Of a stretch of DNA of 64,000 nt, positions 60,919 to 64,000 are shown piece after piece. Source of the DNA: Candidatus Peregrinibacteria bacterium CG1_02_54_53 (GTDB lineage: Bacteria; Patescibacteriota; Gracilibacteria; Peribacterales; Peribacteraceae); assembly GCA_001872575.1 (NCBI GenBank), contig MNWP01000006.1, positions 10,679 through 74,678 on the forward strand, read 5' to 3'. Under the pieces are notes generated by a model. The model made no database searches, was not told the DNA's origin, and was given only the letters and a program-made list of their open reading frames with translations. A program made the translations under genes and the position numbers. The number at the start of each line of letters is the position of its first letter. Position 1 is the first letter of the stretch.

Positions 60919-63171
60919 ATGACTGATCTCCCCGCCAGTATCGAGGCGTATCTTACGGATGCGGGCTTCTCTGCCACCGAGATCCTGGTGCTCAAGAAAC
61001 TTCTTGAGGGCGAGGCGCTTACATTGCGTGAACTTGCTGCGAAAACAGGTAAATCGACCGGGGTATTAGATCTTGCAGTGAAGAAACTGCTGCAGCGTCG
61101 CATCATCAGTCGCGAGATGGTGAATGACACACCCAAGGTATTGCTCAAGTCGCTCAACGCCGTTATGCAGTGGATGCAGGATGATACGGAACAGAAACTT
61201 AAAGCCATGAAGAGTCGCGCACAAGACTTCGAGTCGTTCATCAATTCTCTCGAGCGGGAGAGTAGGCGGCCCGGGATGGAACACTTCGAAGGGGAAGAGG
61301 GTATCAAGAAGGCGTATCTTAAACTTCTTGATCTTGGCGCGAAGGAGTTTCTGCACTACCGGCCCATAACAACAAAGGAGGAGGAGGACCCGCTTCGTGA
61401 TTTTCGTGTGCAGTATTTTCGTGCGCGGTACAAGCGCGGCATCTTTTCCAGAGTGTTGGCGCCTGAACATTCTCTCGGTCGCAGATTTCAATCGCGAGAT
61501 CCCTTCGAGTATCGCGAGACGCAGCTGGTGCCCGATGCCGTGTTTCCCATCACGTTCGAGAAGATCATCGCCGGCGAGACGGTGGCCTGCTTTAACCATG
61601 CGGAACAGCGCGCATGCATTCTTAAATATCCTGAGTTGGCGCAATGTGAGCGAACCGTATTCGAGCTTCTGTGGCGCCGCGCCAAAGAACCGGCAAGTCA
61701 GCCGCAGACGGTAGCGGTGGCTCTTTCGCAAACACCAGAGTCCTTCATCCCTTTGAGCACGCGATCGCTCTCAAGCCTGCGGGAGTTCTTTTTGAGTAAG
61801 AAGAGTGTGGTGATCTTTCTGATGGGTGCGGTGCTGGCTGCAGGGGTCACGTACGGGCTGTGGAGGCATACGTACAATCTGAATCGGGAACGAGTTAAGG
61901 AGCGGGCCATGGCCATCGCCGCGACGGCTGCCATGGAGTTTGACGTGCGGGATATCGATCAGCTTCGTACGAAGGAGGATGTAAAGAAGCCGGAATTCAT
62001 GAAGCTCGTGACGCACCTGCGCGAGATCAAGACGCGCAATGAGAACATCCGATTCGTCTACATCGATCGTCCGGCAGAGGCGGAGGGTGCGTCGTGGGAG
62101 GTAGTGGCGGATGCCGATTACGGCACGCCGGATGATGATCTGAACGGGGACGGCATCATCGAGGATTTCGAACAGCTCACCATGCCCGGACAGGTGTATC
62201 CGCACGTGGATCCGTTATTTCAAGAGAGGTTACAAAAACCGGCGGCAGATTTTCTCAGTGATGAATGGGGAGAGTATTGCGATGCATCTGCCCCTATTTT
62301 TGATGCTCAGGGCCATGCGGTGGCGGTGCTTTTCGTTGATATCGATCTGCAGCAGGTCCGTGATCTTACTTCACAGTCGTTCAAGGTGGTGTATGCCTTC
62401 CTTGGCTTATTTCTCCTCTTTGTCTTCATCCGTCTCGCGGCCTTCAATCGGCCGCTTTTCTTTGAGTTGCTGAAAATTTTTCGGTCCAAGACGGTGCTTT
62501 CGGTGCTGGGGCTGTGTGCCGTTATCGCCCTTGGAGTGACGTATGGGATGTATCGGTACACTTTAGGTTTGATGAAAGAGCAGGTGGGACAGCGGTTGAT
62601 GGCAATTGCCACAACGGCAGCTGTAGAGATTGATGCGAAAGATCTGGAGCCCCTTCGATTCGCGCGTGATATGGAGAGATTGGAATACCAGAGGGTATTT
62701 AAGAAACTTAATGAGATTCGGGATAGAAACCCCGATAGTCACATTATGTATGCCTATATTTTCCGGCCAACATCTGATCCCACTCTCTGGGAATTTGTAG
62801 CAGATGCAGATTCGAATTATGACATCCCACTCCTGTCGGGGGATCATAATGGCGACGGAGTGATGGATGAGGGGGACGAGAATATTTGGCCTGGAGTGAT
62901 CTATTATGCAGGAGGGCAAAAATTCGTTACTGAGGGCCTAAAGAAGCCCATGGTCGAAGACTTTGCCAGTGATCAATGGGGAACGTTTTTGACAGGAGAT
63001 GCCCCAATTCGTGATGAAAATGGAGATGCAGTTGCCATCCTAGGGTTGGACATGAATGTTACTGATTTATATCGTGAGGTGAAAAGTAAATATGATCCAT
63101 ACATGTGGTTCTTTTCGGTCTTCGGAGTTCTGATGATTGTGGGAGTGGGTTTTTCTTTTAGGAAACGGTGA
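60919..63171 (+). CDS. TrmB-family regulator fused to two membrane-anchored extracytoplasmic sensor domains
   Basis: N-terminal wHTH, FEGEEGIK linker, four TM helices, duplicated Cache-like domains (DEWG..API.D..G..VA.L..D). Confidence 0.8.
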   Translation: MTDLPASIEAYLTDAGFSATEILVLKKLLEGEALTLRELAAKTGKSTGVLDLAVKKLLQRRIISREMVNDTPKVLLKSLNAVMQWMQDDTEQKLKAMKSRAQDFESFINSLERESRRPGMEHFEGEEGIKKAYLKLLDLGAKEFLHYRPITTKEEEDPLRDFRVQYFRARYKRGIFSRVLAPEHSLGRRFQSRDPFEYRETQLVPDAVFPITFEKIIAGETVACFNHAEQRACILKYPELAQCERTVFELLWRRAKEPASQPQTVAVALSQTPESFIPLSTRSLSSLREFFLSKKSVVIFLMGAVLAAGVTYGLWRHTYNLNRERVKERAMAIAATAAMEFDVRDIDQLRTKEDVKKPEFMKLVTHLREIKTRNENIRFVYIDRPAEAEGASWEVVADADYGTPDDDLNGDGIIEDFEQLTMPGQVYPHVDPLFQERLQKPAADFLSDEWGEYCDASAPIFDAQGHAVAVLFVDIDLQQVRDLTSQSFKVVYAFLGLFLLFVFIRLAAFNRPLFFELLKIFRSKTVLSVLGLCAVIALGVTYGMYRYTLGLMKEQVGQRLMAIATTAAVEIDAKDLEPLRFARDMERLEYQRVFKKLNEIRDRNPDSHIMYAYIFRPTSDPTLWEFVADADSNYDIPLLSGDHNGDGVMDEGDENIWPGVIYYAGGQKFVTEGLKKPMVEDFASDQWGTFLTGDAPIRDENGDAVAILGLDMNVTDLYREVKSKYDPYMWFFSVFGVLMIVGVGFSFRKR

Positions 63172-63180
63172 GAGAAGATT

Positions 63181-63282
63181 GTGTTGTATTGGTGGCTTGA
63201 AGGAGTTTTTGTAGTACTTATCATAATATTGATTCTTTTTCAGGTTCTGCTATTCCGTAGAAAAGTATCCGTGAGGCAGTAA
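63181..63282 (+). CDS. Possible 33-aa single-TM peptide
   Basis: GTG start; LYWWLEGVFVVLIIILILFQVLLFRRK; exactly fills the intergenic gap. Confidence 0.3.
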   Translation: MLYWWLEGVFVVLIIILILFQVLLFRRKVSVRQ

Positions 63283-63675
63283 CTAGCCCCTCTTAATTTT
63301 CGTCACTCGAAGTTTTTTCGAGCCAAATACCTTTGCGAGATATTTAAATCCGATAGTGTGTCGCATTTTTCCACAAGAAAACAAATCGACGGCTGCGTAT
63401 TGATATTCAGGCCATGTATGAATGGCGAAGTGGGACTCTTTGATGACAACCACGCCTGAAAGGCCATACGGATTAAATTTATGGAACAGTGATTGCACCA
63501 CATGAGCACCCATCAGTTGAGCTGCTTTTTGCATGTGAATCTGCAATGATTTCAGGTTGTCAGGGAGTGTCGAGCAATTCGCGAACTCCCCCAGTATCAG
63601 ATATCCCGGACGGTGCTCCAACGGGCGAAGGGTCGTTCCTTTTGGCCGTTTACTTGCGGAGCGCTTCTTATGCAC
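63283..63675 (-). CDS. speD: S-adenosylmethionine decarboxylase proenzyme
   Basis: [32 protein letters not shown]. Confidence 0.95.
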   Translation of the reverse strand: MHKKRSASKRPKGTTLRPLEHRPGYLILGEFANCSTLPDNLKSLQIHMQKAAQLMGAHVVQSLFHKFNPYGLSGVVVIKESHFAIHTWPEYQYAAVDLFSCGKMRHTIGFKYLAKVFGSKKLRVTKIKRG

Positions 63676-63726
63676 TAAAGTTAAGAATACATTTCAAATT
63701 CACCATTGTAAAGTTACATTATTACC

Positions 63727-64000
63727 GTGATTGCAATTATTGCACCCATGCAGGAAGAACTGGAGGAGTATCTCAAGAATATTCCGCATCTTGTTCATAG
63801 TGATCTTCTGAATACTATTTCGTATAAAGGGGAATGGAAGGGCAGGCCTTTGATCGTTGTGAAGTCCGGTGTTGGCAAAGTCAATGCCGCAATGGCAACC
63901 CAATATTTAATCAGCCATTTTCCTCTCAGTGCGGTGATCAGTCAGGGGGTGGCCGGTGCGGTGCATCCGGCGTTGAATATCGGGGATATTGTCCTTGGAG
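63727..64000 (+). CDS. mtnN: MTA/SAH nucleosidase (3' end outside window)
   Basis: IAIIAPMQEE, SGVGKVNAAMATQ, GVAGA, IGDIV. Confidence 0.9.
   Translation, partial: MIAIIAPMQEELEEYLKNIPHLVHSDLLNTISYKGEWKGRPLIVVKSGVGKVNAAMATQYLISHFPLSAVISQGVAGAVHPALNIGDIVLG

Overview
A 64-kb bacterial chromosome segment using the standard genetic code. Gene content and style suggest a CPR/Patescibacteria genome, possibly Peregrinibacteria/Peribacteria; this is inference only. The core genes are dprA, tpiA, rpiB, rpe, purC, ftsH, purB, ligA, pilT, speD and mtnN. They are interleaved with many surface-glycosylation genes: five GT2 polyprenol-P-sugar synthase-like genes, about six GT-C membrane transferases (including an ALG10-like and a PMT-like one), and nucleotide-sugar enzymes. 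An ~11.9-kb element is integrated at the 3' CCA of tRNA-Leu(GAG). It encodes a large serine recombinase whose own C-terminus is swapped by integration, an MCM-like AAA+ ATPase, AbiV and DUF4238 defence-like cargo, and two unrelated leader sequences that share one pseudoknot-type architecture. A separate family of TGAG-[hairpin]-CGAA palindromes occurs at three loci. Two of these loci carry a stand-alone GIY-YIG nuclease gene whose stop codon lies inside a repeat; one of the two is accompanied by a duplicated tRNA 3' end. The third locus sits in a duplicated tpiA start. Also present are 9-nt-period purine repeats (a 30-bp copy brackets a two-gene cassette), a membrane-anchored TrmB-double-sensor fusion and a planctomycete-like J-domain protein. 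No CRISPR array or rRNA was seen. All calls come from motif recognition by eye; no searches were run.
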